From contig QZLE01000140.1 of the NCBI GenBank assembly GCA_004796365.1, positions 10,932-74,931 of the forward strand: a stretch of DNA of 64,000 nucleotides. The letters run 5' to 3'. This stretch comes from Gammaproteobacteria bacterium (GTDB lineage: Bacteria > Pseudomonadota > Gammaproteobacteria > QZLD01). The translations under genes and the position numbers were made by a program. Under the pieces are notes generated by a model. That model saw only the letters and a list, made by a program, of their open reading frames with translations. It made no database searches and was not told the origin of the DNA. Shown here in pieces: positions 16,714 through 25,703 of this stretch (position 1 is the stretch's first letter; every line of letters starts with the position of its first letter).

Positions 16714-18843
16714 ATGGATATTTCATACAAATTTAAGCAAACCATCTTAAAAAGCGCTATTTGGTTGATAGCGGTTTTTGGCATTGGTGTTTTGTTCCCT
16801 TCAGAAAAGGCGTATGCAATCACCGGAATTAGCATTCAGATTCCAAAGATTTCTTCTTCTCATATTCAAATTATTGGGGTTTCCTTTAACGCAGACTGGT
16901 TGATATCTCAGGATGTTGAGTTAAAAGCAAAAGTACAAAATATAAATCTGACTGATTTACAACAAACTCTGGAAGGTGTCGATTTTAGTTGCAAGAAAGC
17001 TAGGTTCGATGGTGAGATCTTCTCCTGTAAGGATGGGGTTTTACTGGTTCAAAATGAATATTTGCAGAAACAGAAACTTTCGGTGTCTATAAAACATAAC
17101 TTGGTTGCCGGCGAGTCGAGGGTTGTAATTTCTGGAGCCACTTTTTTTGGGGGCAAGCAAGAACTTAAAATAAGAATTGATAACGGTAATCTGATTGCCG
17201 ATATCATAGGAGACATTAAAGTTCAGAAACTTAAACAGTTTTTAGCGGATTTAAGTTCAGAGCATGAGTTGCAAACTTTGGAAGGCCTGGTTGATTTTAA
17301 AGCCCGAGTGCAAAAGAATGCGCAGAGTCCAGTCTTGCTTGATGCCACAGTTGATATAAAGGAGTTATCAGTTGAGGGCAATAACAGCTCTGGTATCTAT
17401 CAGCTAAACTCACGGTCAATTTTTAACCTGCAGATAGATAAAGAAAAGGTCGGTTACGATATTCACACAGATATTAACCAGGGTTTTTTTTATTTAACTC
17501 GCGATATAGATGAAAATACCCAGCAGTTTTATAGCTTTGAACCTTCGCGCTCAATGTCATTTGATAGTCTGGGTAATTATCACTTCAGCAAACAGGCGTT
17601 AGCGGTTGATTCAATTTTGATACAGCAGGAAGGTGTATTAAATCTTGATGCTTCGGTTTTTCTTGAATTTGCACAAGAACTAAAGATAAGTAATGTCATT
17701 CTCAACCTTACAAATTTGGATATAGAGCCAATACTAGCGCAATTGGACTATCCGGCTTTTCCGTTTCTGGCAAAGGACAATCTTGAGCTTACCGGCAATG
17801 TTAGTGCAGCATTATCCGGCAACAATATTTTAACTAATAAACCAATTGTTACTACAAATGTCGAACTTAAATCACTTAATTATAGCTATGATGAACAGTC
17901 GCTTGGTGTAAATGATGTTAGTGGAATAATAAGCTGGAATAGCAGTAATTCAGCTAATTCCTCAACTATCAGGTGGGATAGTGGAAATTTTCAATTGATT
18001 CCATTTGATGGATCAGTACTTAACTTTAAACTTGGTGTTGATTCATTATTCATTGACAAATTCAAACTTCCTGTGCTTGGTGGTGATATTGTAGTCGATT
18101 CAGTTTCTGTTCAGGAACTTGGTGCTAAAGTTGAAGAATACAAATACAAACTAGGTGTACAAGTGGCAGACATAGAACTAGCTCAGTTAACAACGGCTTT
18201 ACAATGGCCATTAATGGAAGGGACGATTAATGCAGGTTTTCCAATGATAACCTTTGGAGATAACTTAATAGAGTTTGGAGGTAGCGCAACAATTGATCTG
18301 TTTGATGGCTCAATGACACTGCAAAACATGCAGATTGAAGACCCTCTTGGGGTTGTTCCGCGTATGAGCGGAGATCTTGGTATTAAAGAGCTAGATCTGG
18401 AACAGTTGTCATCAACATTGCAGTTTGGACGTATAACCGGAAAGTTAAATGGCCATGCGCATGATATATCACTGGAGCAGTGGTTTCCGGTTAAAATGGA
18501 TATGAGTTTGTACACACATGAAGACGATGATACTAAAAGACGTATAAGTCAAAAGGCAGTTGATTTTATATCAGATATTGGTGGTGTAGGAGGTTCATTA
18601 TCGAGAACATATCTTCGTTTCTTTGATGAATTTTCCTACGATAAAATTGGGATAAATCTAAAGCTGGAAGATGGCGTGTGTAATATCACCGGCATTGAGC
18701 CGGCAGCAAATGGATACTATATTGTAAAAGGAAGCTTTATTCCCAGAATCGATATAGTGGGTTACGAATCACAGGTTAGTTGGTTAGATCTTGTTGACCA
18801 GGTTAAGCAGGCTATGCAGAGAGGCGCGCCAACAACTGAATAA
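16714..18843 (+). CDS. ydbH: YdbH-like (AsmA-like superfamily) envelope protein
   Basis: 709 aa with an N-terminal TM anchor and a long beta-rich body. The C-terminal region (ISQKAVDFISDIGG...YLRFFDEF...GYYIVKGSFIPRIDIVGY) is YdbH-like by recollection. A DUF1318/YdbL gene lies immediately downstream, as in the E. coli ydbH-ynbE-ydbL operon. Confidence 0.6.
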   Translation: MDISYKFKQTILKSAIWLIAVFGIGVLFPSEKAYAITGISIQIPKISSSHIQIIGVSFNADWLISQDVELKAKVQNINLTDLQQTLEGVDFSCKKARFDGEIFSCKDGVLLVQNEYLQKQKLSVSIKHNLVAGESRVVISGATFFGGKQELKIRIDNGNLIADIIGDIKVQKLKQFLADLSSEHELQTLEGLVDFKARVQKNAQSPVLLDATVDIKELSVEGNNSSGIYQLNSRSIFNLQIDKEKVGYDIHTDINQGFFYLTRDIDENTQQFYSFEPSRSMSFDSLGNYHFSKQALAVDSILIQQEGVLNLDASVFLEFAQELKISNVILNLTNLDIEPILAQLDYPAFPFLAKDNLELTGNVSAALSGNNILTNKPIVTTNVELKSLNYSYDEQSLGVNDVSGIISWNSSNSANSSTIRWDSGNFQLIPFDGSVLNFKLGVDSLFIDKFKLPVLGGDIVVDSVSVQELGAKVEEYKYKLGVQVADIELAQLTTALQWPLMEGTINAGFPMITFGDNLIEFGGSATIDLFDGSMTLQNMQIEDPLGVVPRMSGDLGIKELDLEQLSSTLQFGRITGKLNGHAHDISLEQWFPVKMDMSLYTHEDDDTKRRISQKAVDFISDIGGVGGSLSRTYLRFFDEFSYDKIGINLKLEDGVCNITGIEPAANGYYIVKGSFIPRIDIVGYESQVSWLDLVDQVKQAMQRGAPTTE

Positions 18844-18877
18844 GTATAACATCAATCTAAACTTAAAGGGGTTATTT

Positions 18878-19453
18878 ATGAAAAAACTATTAGTCTTAGC
18901 AGTTGCGGTTTTTATTACTGCGTGCGTTACTATAAATGTGTATTTTCCGGAAGCCAAGGCAAGGGAGGTGGCCGAAGATTCCGTTAAGCGAATAATGGGT
19001 CTTGATGAAAAGAAGGAGAATGATAAGCAGAGTTCCCTTGATCAGCTTCAACATTACGCATATCTGGCGTCAAGTGCGGTTGTTGATTTTGTAATTCCAT
19101 CTGCTCATGCCAAAGGTATTAGTCCGGCAGTTACCAAACTTGAAAATTCACTCAAATCTAAAATGGGGCAAGTCGCTCCGTATCTTAATAAAGGTGCAGT
19201 AGGTCTCACAAGTGATGGTTTTTTAACAGTAAAGAATGCCAAGGCCGTTTCTCCGAAAGAGCGTGGCAAAGTTAATAAGCTGGTTACCTCAATAAATAAA
19301 GAAAGAAAGGCTCTATATAAAGAATCTGCACGTGCTTTGGGTAATCCTCAGTGGGAAAAGAAGCAGCAAATGACATATGCTGCAACATGGATAAAGCAAG
19401 CCAAAAAGGGGTGGTGGTACCAGGACCGCTCAGGATCTTGGAAACAGAAGTAA
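18878..19453 (+). CDS. ydbL: Lipoprotein with C-terminal YdbL/DUF1318 domain (possible YnbE-YdbL fusion)
   Basis: Start at MKKLLVLAV (AAAGGGG RBS) and lipobox FITAC. The C-terminus GAVGLTSDGFL...INKERKALY...KKGWWYQDRSGSWKQK matches the DUF1318 pattern. Confidence 0.7.
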   Translation: MKKLLVLAVAVFITACVTINVYFPEAKAREVAEDSVKRIMGLDEKKENDKQSSLDQLQHYAYLASSAVVDFVIPSAHAKGISPAVTKLENSLKSKMGQVAPYLNKGAVGLTSDGFLTVKNAKAVSPKERGKVNKLVTSINKERKALYKESARALGNPQWEKKQQMTYAATWIKQAKKGWWYQDRSGSWKQK

Positions 19454-19479
19454 ATCCGATCTTATGGAAATTTAATAAT

Positions 19480-19532
19480 GAACCAATGAGGCTGAATTTG
19501 TGATTACTCAAAAATTCAAACCCCATTGGTTC
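19480..19532. other. Long imperfect hairpin downstream of ydbL
   Basis: Outer stem GAACCAATG/CATTGGTTC (9 bp) encloses inner stem GAATTT/AAATTC (6 bp). No U-run. Confidence 0.4.
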
Positions 19533-19927
19533 CCCCGCTATCCAGACTTGCGTCTGAAACCTTTATAACAATCTGTTATATCAGCAACCGATTTATATAT
19601 ATGAAACTTGTTCCGGTTGTTCTTCGTTAGAATTAAACTAACAGTTGTATTGGTATGTCCATTTAGGCGTTTTAATTCTATTAAACATCACCACTAAAAA
19701 CTAGTCTAATCATTGATCGAAAATAAATGCTTTGAAATCAATGTGCTAGTAAGTGTAGATATTTAACACAGCTTATCATTTAGCTATAAATTAACAAGCC
19801 ACTTAATAACTATTACTGTAAAGATAATTCAAAAGCACGCAGCTAAATGTTTATCTTCAACATGATATATATTTTCTAATAATCAAAAAAAAATCTCTAT
19901 AGATGTTTTAATAAATATTCTGTGAAT

Positions 19928-19949
19928 TGTGTCAACTTTTGTTAACACA
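19928..19949. promoter_or_regulatory. Palindrome TGTGTCAAC-TTTT-GTTAACACA (operator-like or weak hairpin)
   Basis: 9-bp arms with one mismatch, 28 nt beyond the stop of the XRE-LuxR gene. It shares the TGTCAAC/GTTNACA core with the palindrome at 21067-21085. Confidence 0.4.
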
Positions 19950-19976
19950 GAGGAATAATAGGAATTAAATTTATCA

Positions 19977-21005
19977 TTAGGCTATACGCTCGTATTGGCG
20001 GTATTGATAGCGATTGGGATTTTCTGTCTGTATACCGCTTAGGTTGTGGGGTAAAATATTTCTAGATGCCGCATACAAAACTAGTTGTTCGCGGTTTTTT
20101 GCACCAAGCTTTAGCTTGGCTCTGTCAATTCTGGCATTCACCGCAGCCTTAGTTATGCACAGTAAGTCCGCTATTTTTTCTACATTATTTCCAGCTGCAA
20201 GATGGGCAATAGCTGCAATTTCTTTATCTGAAAGTTCTGAATTAGGATGAGTATTTTCCAGTTCCTGTAGGCGGTGAACTTCTGAATACAAGTGGTGACC
20301 TATCAATGTTATTGCATCTGTGTATTTTTCTAAAAGTTGCTTATCTTCAATTTTGTCGGTTTTTGTCGAAACTACAAAAGCACTGAGGCAGCAACCTCCA
20401 TGTACTGGTATCAAAACGCAATACGGCACGTATTTTTTCATACCATTTACAAAACCTTCGCAAATCTTGCAGCCTTTTTGCGCTGAAATTTCCAATGGCG
20501 CGAATAGTTGGTCTCCAGGAATTGGTGCTACATCGCTAAAGCAGTATTCCCAGGCAGGATCAACAGTCGCGTATTTGTTATCACGGTATTCCATACGCCA
20601 CTCTGCGGGAAGATCGCTTAATGCAAATACATAAGGTTCTTTACTTATGTCTCCACGGAATTTTTGCATATAAAAGAATTTATCTAAACCGCAGTCATTT
20701 AAATACTCAGATATTGTACTGACCAATTCTGAATATTCTTTTGCTCTGCTTAATTTTGTCAGTACATCGTTAAGTAGAGCATCGGCATTTGATTTATCAA
20801 CTTCTTTAACTCCAAGTACGATGTACTCAGTTGATACTTTGTATAGTTGAACCAGTTTTATCAGGTGATTGATATCTGGGGTGCTTTGCCCATTTTCCCA
20901 CTTATAAACTGCCTGACGACTAACGTCACAGCAGTCGGCCACGGTCTGTACCGAAATATCACTTGTAACCCGCAAGTTTTTTAATCGTTCTTGAAGAGAC
21001 GACAT
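19977..21005 (-). CDS. Three-domain transcription regulator: N-terminal XRE-type HTH, central autoinducer-binding-like domain, C-terminal LuxR/GerE HTH
   Basis: N-terminus VQTVADCCDVSRQAVYKWENGQSTPDINHLIKL (HTH_3). The middle has W..Y....Y..DP (EWRMEYRDNKYATVDPAW), as in LuxR-type ligand domains. C-terminus LSDKEIAAIAHLAAGNNVEKIADLLCITKAAVNARIDRAKLKLG (GerE). Confidence 0.75.
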   Translation of the reverse strand: MSSLQERLKNLRVTSDISVQTVADCCDVSRQAVYKWENGQSTPDINHLIKLVQLYKVSTEYIVLGVKEVDKSNADALLNDVLTKLSRAKEYSELVSTISEYLNDCGLDKFFYMQKFRGDISKEPYVFALSDLPAEWRMEYRDNKYATVDPAWEYCFSDVAPIPGDQLFAPLEISAQKGCKICEGFVNGMKKYVPYCVLIPVHGGCCLSAFVVSTKTDKIEDKQLLEKYTDAITLIGHHLYSEVHRLQELENTHPNSELSDKEIAAIAHLAAGNNVEKIADLLCITKAAVNARIDRAKLKLGAKNREQLVLYAASRNILPHNLSGIQTENPNRYQYRQYERIA

Positions 21006-21044
21006 AGCAGTAAATTCACATGTATAACACTAGTATTGATAAAT

Positions 21045-21072
21045 ATAATAATTATTTGCGAAAATATGTCAA
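21045..21072 (-). promoter_or_regulatory. Putative sigma-70 promoter of the XRE-LuxR gene (TTGACA-N16-TATTAT)
   Basis: Minus strand reads TTGACA, 16 nt, then TATTAT, about 40 nt upstream of the ATG. The -35 hexamer is one arm of the 21067-21085 palindrome. Confidence 0.4.
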
Positions 21073-21085
21073 CTAATAGTTGACA
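21067..21085. promoter_or_regulatory. Perfect 9-1-9 palindrome TGTCAACTA-A-TAGTTGACA (candidate operator)
   Basis: Checked base by base. It lies 62-80 nt upstream of the XRE-LuxR start codon, in the divergent spacer shared with rlmD. Confidence 0.55.
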
Positions 21086-21218
21086 AAACTTGAGCTTAAA
21101 TTGATTTTTTAACAAAAGCGGCTGGCGTAATCTTAGATTTAATAGCTAGCTTAAATAGGTTTTATCTAGGATAATACGCGGCCAATATTTATCCATATGG
21201 CTTATAAACGGTATTGAA

Positions 21219-22559
21219 ATGGGAAAAGCACGCAAAAGACGTCAAAAAAAATTATCGCTTCCACCTCTACAGACAGAAATTGAATCACTTAGTCACGAAG
21301 GGCGCGGAATTGCCAGAGTTGAAGGTAAGACTACCTTTGTTCATGGTGCACTTCCTGGCGAAGATGTTATGTTTAAATTCACTCGCACCCATAGACGTTA
21401 CGATGAAGGTATAGTTGAGGAGGTTTTGAGGGTATCGGATAGCCGTGTTGAACCTAAATGTCCCCATTTTAACGTATGTGGCGGCTGCAATTTGCAGCAT
21501 ATGGAGCCTGCAGAGCAAATTAAATTTAAGCAAAGCGTATTATTGGAAAATCTTGAGCATATAGGGAATGTTCAGGCTGAAGAGATTCTTGAACCACTTA
21601 CTGGGCCAGTCTGGGGGTATAGACACAAGGCACGTCTTGGCGTAAAAAATGTTCCAAAAAAAGGACGAGTGTTGGTTGGGTTTCGTGAAAAATTCAGTAG
21701 TTTTATAGCACCAATGGAAAGCTGTGTAATCCTACAGGAAAAGGTTGGGGAATCATTGATGAATTTCAGTGATCTTATAGCAGGCCTTTCTATTATTGAT
21801 AAGGTCCCGCAGATTGAAGTTGCTGTGGGTGATGATGCAACGGCATTAATCTTTAGGGTGCTGGAAACACCTACCGATGATGACATCAATAAGTTGATTG
21901 AATTTGGTAAAGAAAAGGATTTTCAGATATATATTCAGCCTAAAGGTCCTGATACAGTTACTTTACTTTATCCTGATCATGCTGAATTGAGTTACAGACT
22001 AGAAGACCATAATGTTGATTTTTATTTTAGGCCGAATGACTTTACGCAGATAAATGTCGAGATAAATAAAAAGATGATCAATCGTGCAATTGAGTTTTTG
22101 GAGCTTGATGGTAGTGAGAAGATCTTAGATCTTTTCTGCGGTCTTGGAAACTTTACCCTGCCGATTTCGCGCAAAGTTAATGAGATTATCGGGGTAGAAG
22201 GTGATCAGGAGCTAGTCGAAAGAGCTAAGCAAAATGCCGAACGTAATGATATAACCAATGCGCAGTTTTATACTGCAGATCTTACTCAGGATGTAACTCA
22301 TATGCCTTGGATGGAGGTTGTCCCAGATAAGGTTTTGATTGATCCCCCTAGGTCAGGTGCTATTGATGTTATTCCGCAAATAATGAAGTTTGCTCCAAAG
22401 CGTATAGTTTATGTTTCATGCCATCCAGCTACACTTGCACGTGATGCTGGGGTTCTGGTGAATGATTACGGCTATAAGATGAAAAAGGCTGGAGTTATGG
22501 ATATGTTTCCGCATACTGCACATGTTGAGTCCATTGCTGTCTTTGATAAGGAAAAATAG
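21219..22559 (+). CDS. rlmD: 23S rRNA (uracil1939-C5)-methyltransferase
   Basis: 446 aa. TRAM-like N-terminus, Fe-S cysteines CPHFNVCGGCNLQH, SAM motif DLFCGLGNFTLP and catalytic VSCHP. Confidence 0.9.
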   Translation: MGKARKRRQKKLSLPPLQTEIESLSHEGRGIARVEGKTTFVHGALPGEDVMFKFTRTHRRYDEGIVEEVLRVSDSRVEPKCPHFNVCGGCNLQHMEPAEQIKFKQSVLLENLEHIGNVQAEEILEPLTGPVWGYRHKARLGVKNVPKKGRVLVGFREKFSSFIAPMESCVILQEKVGESLMNFSDLIAGLSIIDKVPQIEVAVGDDATALIFRVLETPTDDDINKLIEFGKEKDFQIYIQPKGPDTVTLLYPDHAELSYRLEDHNVDFYFRPNDFTQINVEINKKMINRAIEFLELDGSEKILDLFCGLGNFTLPISRKVNEIIGVEGDQELVERAKQNAERNDITNAQFYTADLTQDVTHMPWMEVVPDKVLIDPPRSGAIDVIPQIMKFAPKRIVYVSCHPATLARDAGVLVNDYGYKMKKAGVMDMFPHTAHVESIAVFDKEK

Positions 22560-22574
22560 GATTAGAAAACCACC

Positions 22575-23156
22575 ATGAAATACAGAATAATCAATAAAGA
22601 GCGCCTGTTTCAAGGGTATTTTGCAATAGATAGATATACTTTCGAGCATGAGAAGTTTGAAGGTGGAAATAGTGCTGAAGTTGTCCGTGAAGTGTTCGAG
22701 CGTGGAAATGCAGCAGCGGTGCTGCCCTATGATTCTAAATCTGATTCTGTTGTTTTGGTGGAACAATTTAGGATTGGCGCGCTAAATTCAGATGTAGGAC
22801 CCTGGCAATTGGAAACTATTGCAGGTGTAATTGATAAGGATAATGAGTCCATTGAAGAGCTTGTAAAAAGGGAGGCAATAGAAGAGGCTAATTGTTACCT
22901 TGATGAGGTTATTCCGATTATGGAATATTATTGCAGTCCTGGCGGAGCAACAGAAAAAATTTCTTTATTTGCAGCAGAAGTTGACGCAACCGATATAGGT
23001 GGAGTCTATGGGCTGGATGAAGAATCCGAGGATATAAAGGTTCATGTGATCAAGCGTGAAAAAGCGCTGGGTATGATTAAATCTGGGGAAATTCAAACCG
23101 CAATGACCATAATTGCTTTGCAGTGGTTAGAGCTTAATCTCAATATATTTAAATAA
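22575..23156 (+). CDS. nudF: ADP-ribose pyrophosphatase (NUDIX)
   Basis: Nudix box GVIDKDNESIEELVKREAIEEANC, with length and N-terminus typical of NudF/ADPRase. Confidence 0.8.
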   Translation: MKYRIINKERLFQGYFAIDRYTFEHEKFEGGNSAEVVREVFERGNAAAVLPYDSKSDSVVLVEQFRIGALNSDVGPWQLETIAGVIDKDNESIEELVKREAIEEANCYLDEVIPIMEYYCSPGGATEKISLFAAEVDATDIGGVYGLDEESEDIKVHVIKREKALGMIKSGEIQTAMTIIALQWLELNLNIFK

Positions 23157-23178
23157 AATAACTTAATACTAATAAAAA

Positions 23179-23199
23179 GGGCAGCATAATATGCTGCCC
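23179..23199. terminator. Bidirectional rho-independent terminator
   Basis: GGGCAGCAT-AAT-ATGCTGCCC (9-bp stem). The A5 run upstream gives U5 for minus-strand transcripts. It lies 23 nt after the nudF stop. Confidence 0.7.
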
Positions 23200-23499
23200 T
23201 TCACTCGTATAACGAGTCACATTGCTGAAATAACACTTCCGATACAAGCTGCTTAGTTCAATATTGCAGTGTGTGGTGTGGTGTGTAGCTCCTGGCAATA
23301 TCAAAAATGCAATAAAAAGTGTCAGCAATCGACTTTGAAGCAAAGATTACGATATAAATAAAAATTTATAAGATCATCGAAATATATTTAACATCAAAGC
23401 TATATATATATTTACATACCTTTTGGTTGCTATCTGCGATTCTGATCACAATATAATAAAACAGCGATAAATAATCGTGAGTTAAAATAAGTTAGGAAG

Positions 23500-23952
23500 T
23501 TATTCAGCTCTTTCAACGTTAAGCGTTGTCGACTCAACACTAACGACACGAACCTTGCCTCCGGTTTCTGTATCTTGACCAGCTATGCGCCAGTTTGAGT
23601 CATCGACACGAATCTTGCCAACACCATCGACTATTGGTTCGTTCAGAGTGAAAATCCTGCCAATATATTGCTCACCGCGTTTATTCAAAGTGGGGCGGTC
23701 TGATTCTTCCGCCCCTTGTTTTTTACCATACTTGAACCAAAGAACGATACTGACAACAGAAAATATTGAAAATATAATGACCTGAGTTTCCCAGTCCATT
23801 CCTGGATAGATTGCTAAGCATACGCCAACAATAGCAGCAGCTATACCAAGCCAGAAAAGAACGAAACCAGAAACAAAAATTTCCAATATTACTAGTGTCA
23901 CAGCAAGTATAAGCCAGTGCCAGTGGTTAATAGTTGTAAAAAAATCACCCAT
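23500..23952 (-). CDS. NfeD-family membrane protein (YbbJ-like)
   Basis: 150 aa with N-terminal TM helices and a C-terminal OB-fold-like segment (GKIRVDDSNWRIAG). It sits directly downstream of the SPFH gene, as in E. coli qmcA-ybbJ. Confidence 0.85.
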   Translation of the reverse strand: MGDFFTTINHWHWLILAVTLVILEIFVSGFVLFWLGIAAAIVGVCLAIYPGMDWETQVIIFSIFSVVSIVLWFKYGKKQGAEESDRPTLNKRGEQYIGRIFTLNEPIVDGVGKIRVDDSNWRIAGQDTETGGKVRVVSVESTTLNVERAE

Positions 23953-23971
23953 TATTTTTTCCTTAAATCGA

Positions 23972-24889
23972 CTACTGCTTTGCGAATGTATCTTTTATGA
24001 TTTCTGAAATGCCGGCGATAGAGCCAATAGGTGCCGCTGCATCCAGAGGCATCATAATAAGTTTCTGGTTCTCAGATGAAGCTACTTGGCCAAGTGCATC
24101 TATATATTTTTGTGCAACAAAGTAGTTAATGGCATTCACATTACCTTCGGCAATAGCTTTTGAAACTACTGCTGTTGCCTTGGCTTCAGCCTCTGCAATT
24201 CTCTCTCTAGCTTCTGCTTCACGAAAAGCGGCTTCTTTTTCACCTTCCGCATTTAGAATCGCTGACTGTTTTTCGCCTTCAGCCTCAAGAATTGCCGCCT
24301 GTCTGGTACCTTCTGCATCAAGAATTTGTGCACGCTTTTCACGTTCAGCCTTCATCTGTCTGGCCATGGCATCAACAAGATCAACAGGTGGTGTGATATC
24401 TTTTATCTCGATCCTGGTTACCTTTACCCCCCAAGGGTTGGTCGCATCATCAACAACTTGAAGCAGTTTGCTGTTGATCTGATCACGCTGTGAAAGCATT
24501 TCGTCCAGGTCAAGTGAACCCAGGACTGTTCTAAGATTGGTCATTGTCAAATTACGAATAGCATGTACAAGGTTTCGTACTTCATAGGCTGCACGCGGCG
24601 CATCAACAACCTGGAAAAAGGCGACTCCATCAACCTGAACCATGGCGTTATCTTTACTGATGACTTCTTGTGATGGAATATCAAGAACCTGTTCCATCAT
24701 ATTCATTTTCGCACCAATTCTATCCATAACTGGAATAATAAAATGCATTCCTGGAGCGAGTGTTTTGATATATCTACCCCATCTTTCAACGGTAAACTCA
24801 TTTCCCTGCGGAACTGTTCTGATACTCATTACTACTAGAACGATAGCCAGAACGGCTACAACGATTACAAATATTCCAAAACCAGACAT
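23972..24889 (-). CDS. qmcA: SPFH/band-7 (stomatin-like) protein
   Basis: 305 aa with an N-terminal TM, an SPFH core ([15 protein letters not shown]...) and an Ala/Glu-rich coiled coil. Confidence 0.9.
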   Translation of the reverse strand: MSGFGIFVIVVAVLAIVLVVMSIRTVPQGNEFTVERWGRYIKTLAPGMHFIIPVMDRIGAKMNMMEQVLDIPSQEVISKDNAMVQVDGVAFFQVVDAPRAAYEVRNLVHAIRNLTMTNLRTVLGSLDLDEMLSQRDQINSKLLQVVDDATNPWGVKVTRIEIKDITPPVDLVDAMARQMKAEREKRAQILDAEGTRQAAILEAEGEKQSAILNAEGEKEAAFREAEARERIAEAEAKATAVVSKAIAEGNVNAINYFVAQKYIDALGQVASSENQKLIMMPLDAAAPIGSIAGISEIIKDTFAKQ

Positions 24890-25069
24890 AGTATTCTCCT
24901 TATGATCCCCAAAATCCGATGCTTTAAATTTATACCAATGCAGGGCATTAGTCGAATATGTTTCAAAAATTAAATTGTAATAATGATGAAGACTGTTATT
25001 CCTTTCAGCAATAGCGGATAGTTTTAACTTGCAATTGAAACAAGTCGACTTGGAGATGACTAGTTGGGA

Positions 25070-25621
25070 TTATTCGATTTCAATGACCTTGGAATCTCCA
25101 GGCAATAAGCCATCCAAACACCAATCACCAATAGAATAACGAATTAGACGTAGTGTTGGGAAACCAACCGCAGCAGTCATGCGTCGCACTTGTCTGTTTT
25201 TACCTTCATGAATAGATAGTTCGATCCAGCTGGTGGGAATATTGGCCCTATATCTAACTGGTGGGTTTCGAGGCCATAGTTGTGGTGGTTCATCAATAAT
25301 CCGGCATTTTGACGGTTTAGTCTTTCCGTCCTTGAGCATAACGCCGCGCTTTAATATATTGACAGCATCTTGATTGATTTGCCCATCAAGTTGAGCCCAG
25401 TAAGTTTTCCATTGTTTGTGTTTGGGATGTGATATTTTATGCTGTAATTCCCCGTTGTTAGTCAAAATTAGCAGTCCCTCGCTATCTTTATCCAGCCTGC
25501 CTGCTGCATATACTTCCGGTATAGTAATAAAGTCTGCGAGCGTTTCGCGGCCTTCATTATCAGTAAATTGGCAAAGAATATTGAACGGCTTGTTAAATAG
25601 AACTATTTTTGTCATGTTCAT
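25070..25621 (-). CDS. rluE: 23S rRNA pseudouridine synthase, RsuA/RluE family
   Basis: 183 aa with catalytic motif AAGRLDKDSEGLLILTNNG and no S4 domain, as in RluE. Confidence 0.8.
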   Translation of the reverse strand: MNMTKIVLFNKPFNILCQFTDNEGRETLADFITIPEVYAAGRLDKDSEGLLILTNNGELQHKISHPKHKQWKTYWAQLDGQINQDAVNILKRGVMLKDGKTKPSKCRIIDEPPQLWPRNPPVRYRANIPTSWIELSIHEGKNRQVRRMTAAVGFPTLRLIRYSIGDWCLDGLLPGDSKVIEIE

Positions 25622-25703
25622 AGTCTACACTTTATTTTAAGAGATTGAGATATTGTTTTATGTGCACATGGTTTGTGCCTTTAAATTACTGAAGTGGTGC
25701 TTT

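Noticed and set aside
23149-23343. 64-aa minus-strand ORF with a hydrophobic N-terminus in the nudF/nfeD gap.
   Set aside because: It has a TTG start without an RBS, runs through the terminator hairpin at 23179-23199 and overlaps the nudF 3' end. The His/Thr run simply reflects the GT-rich tract.
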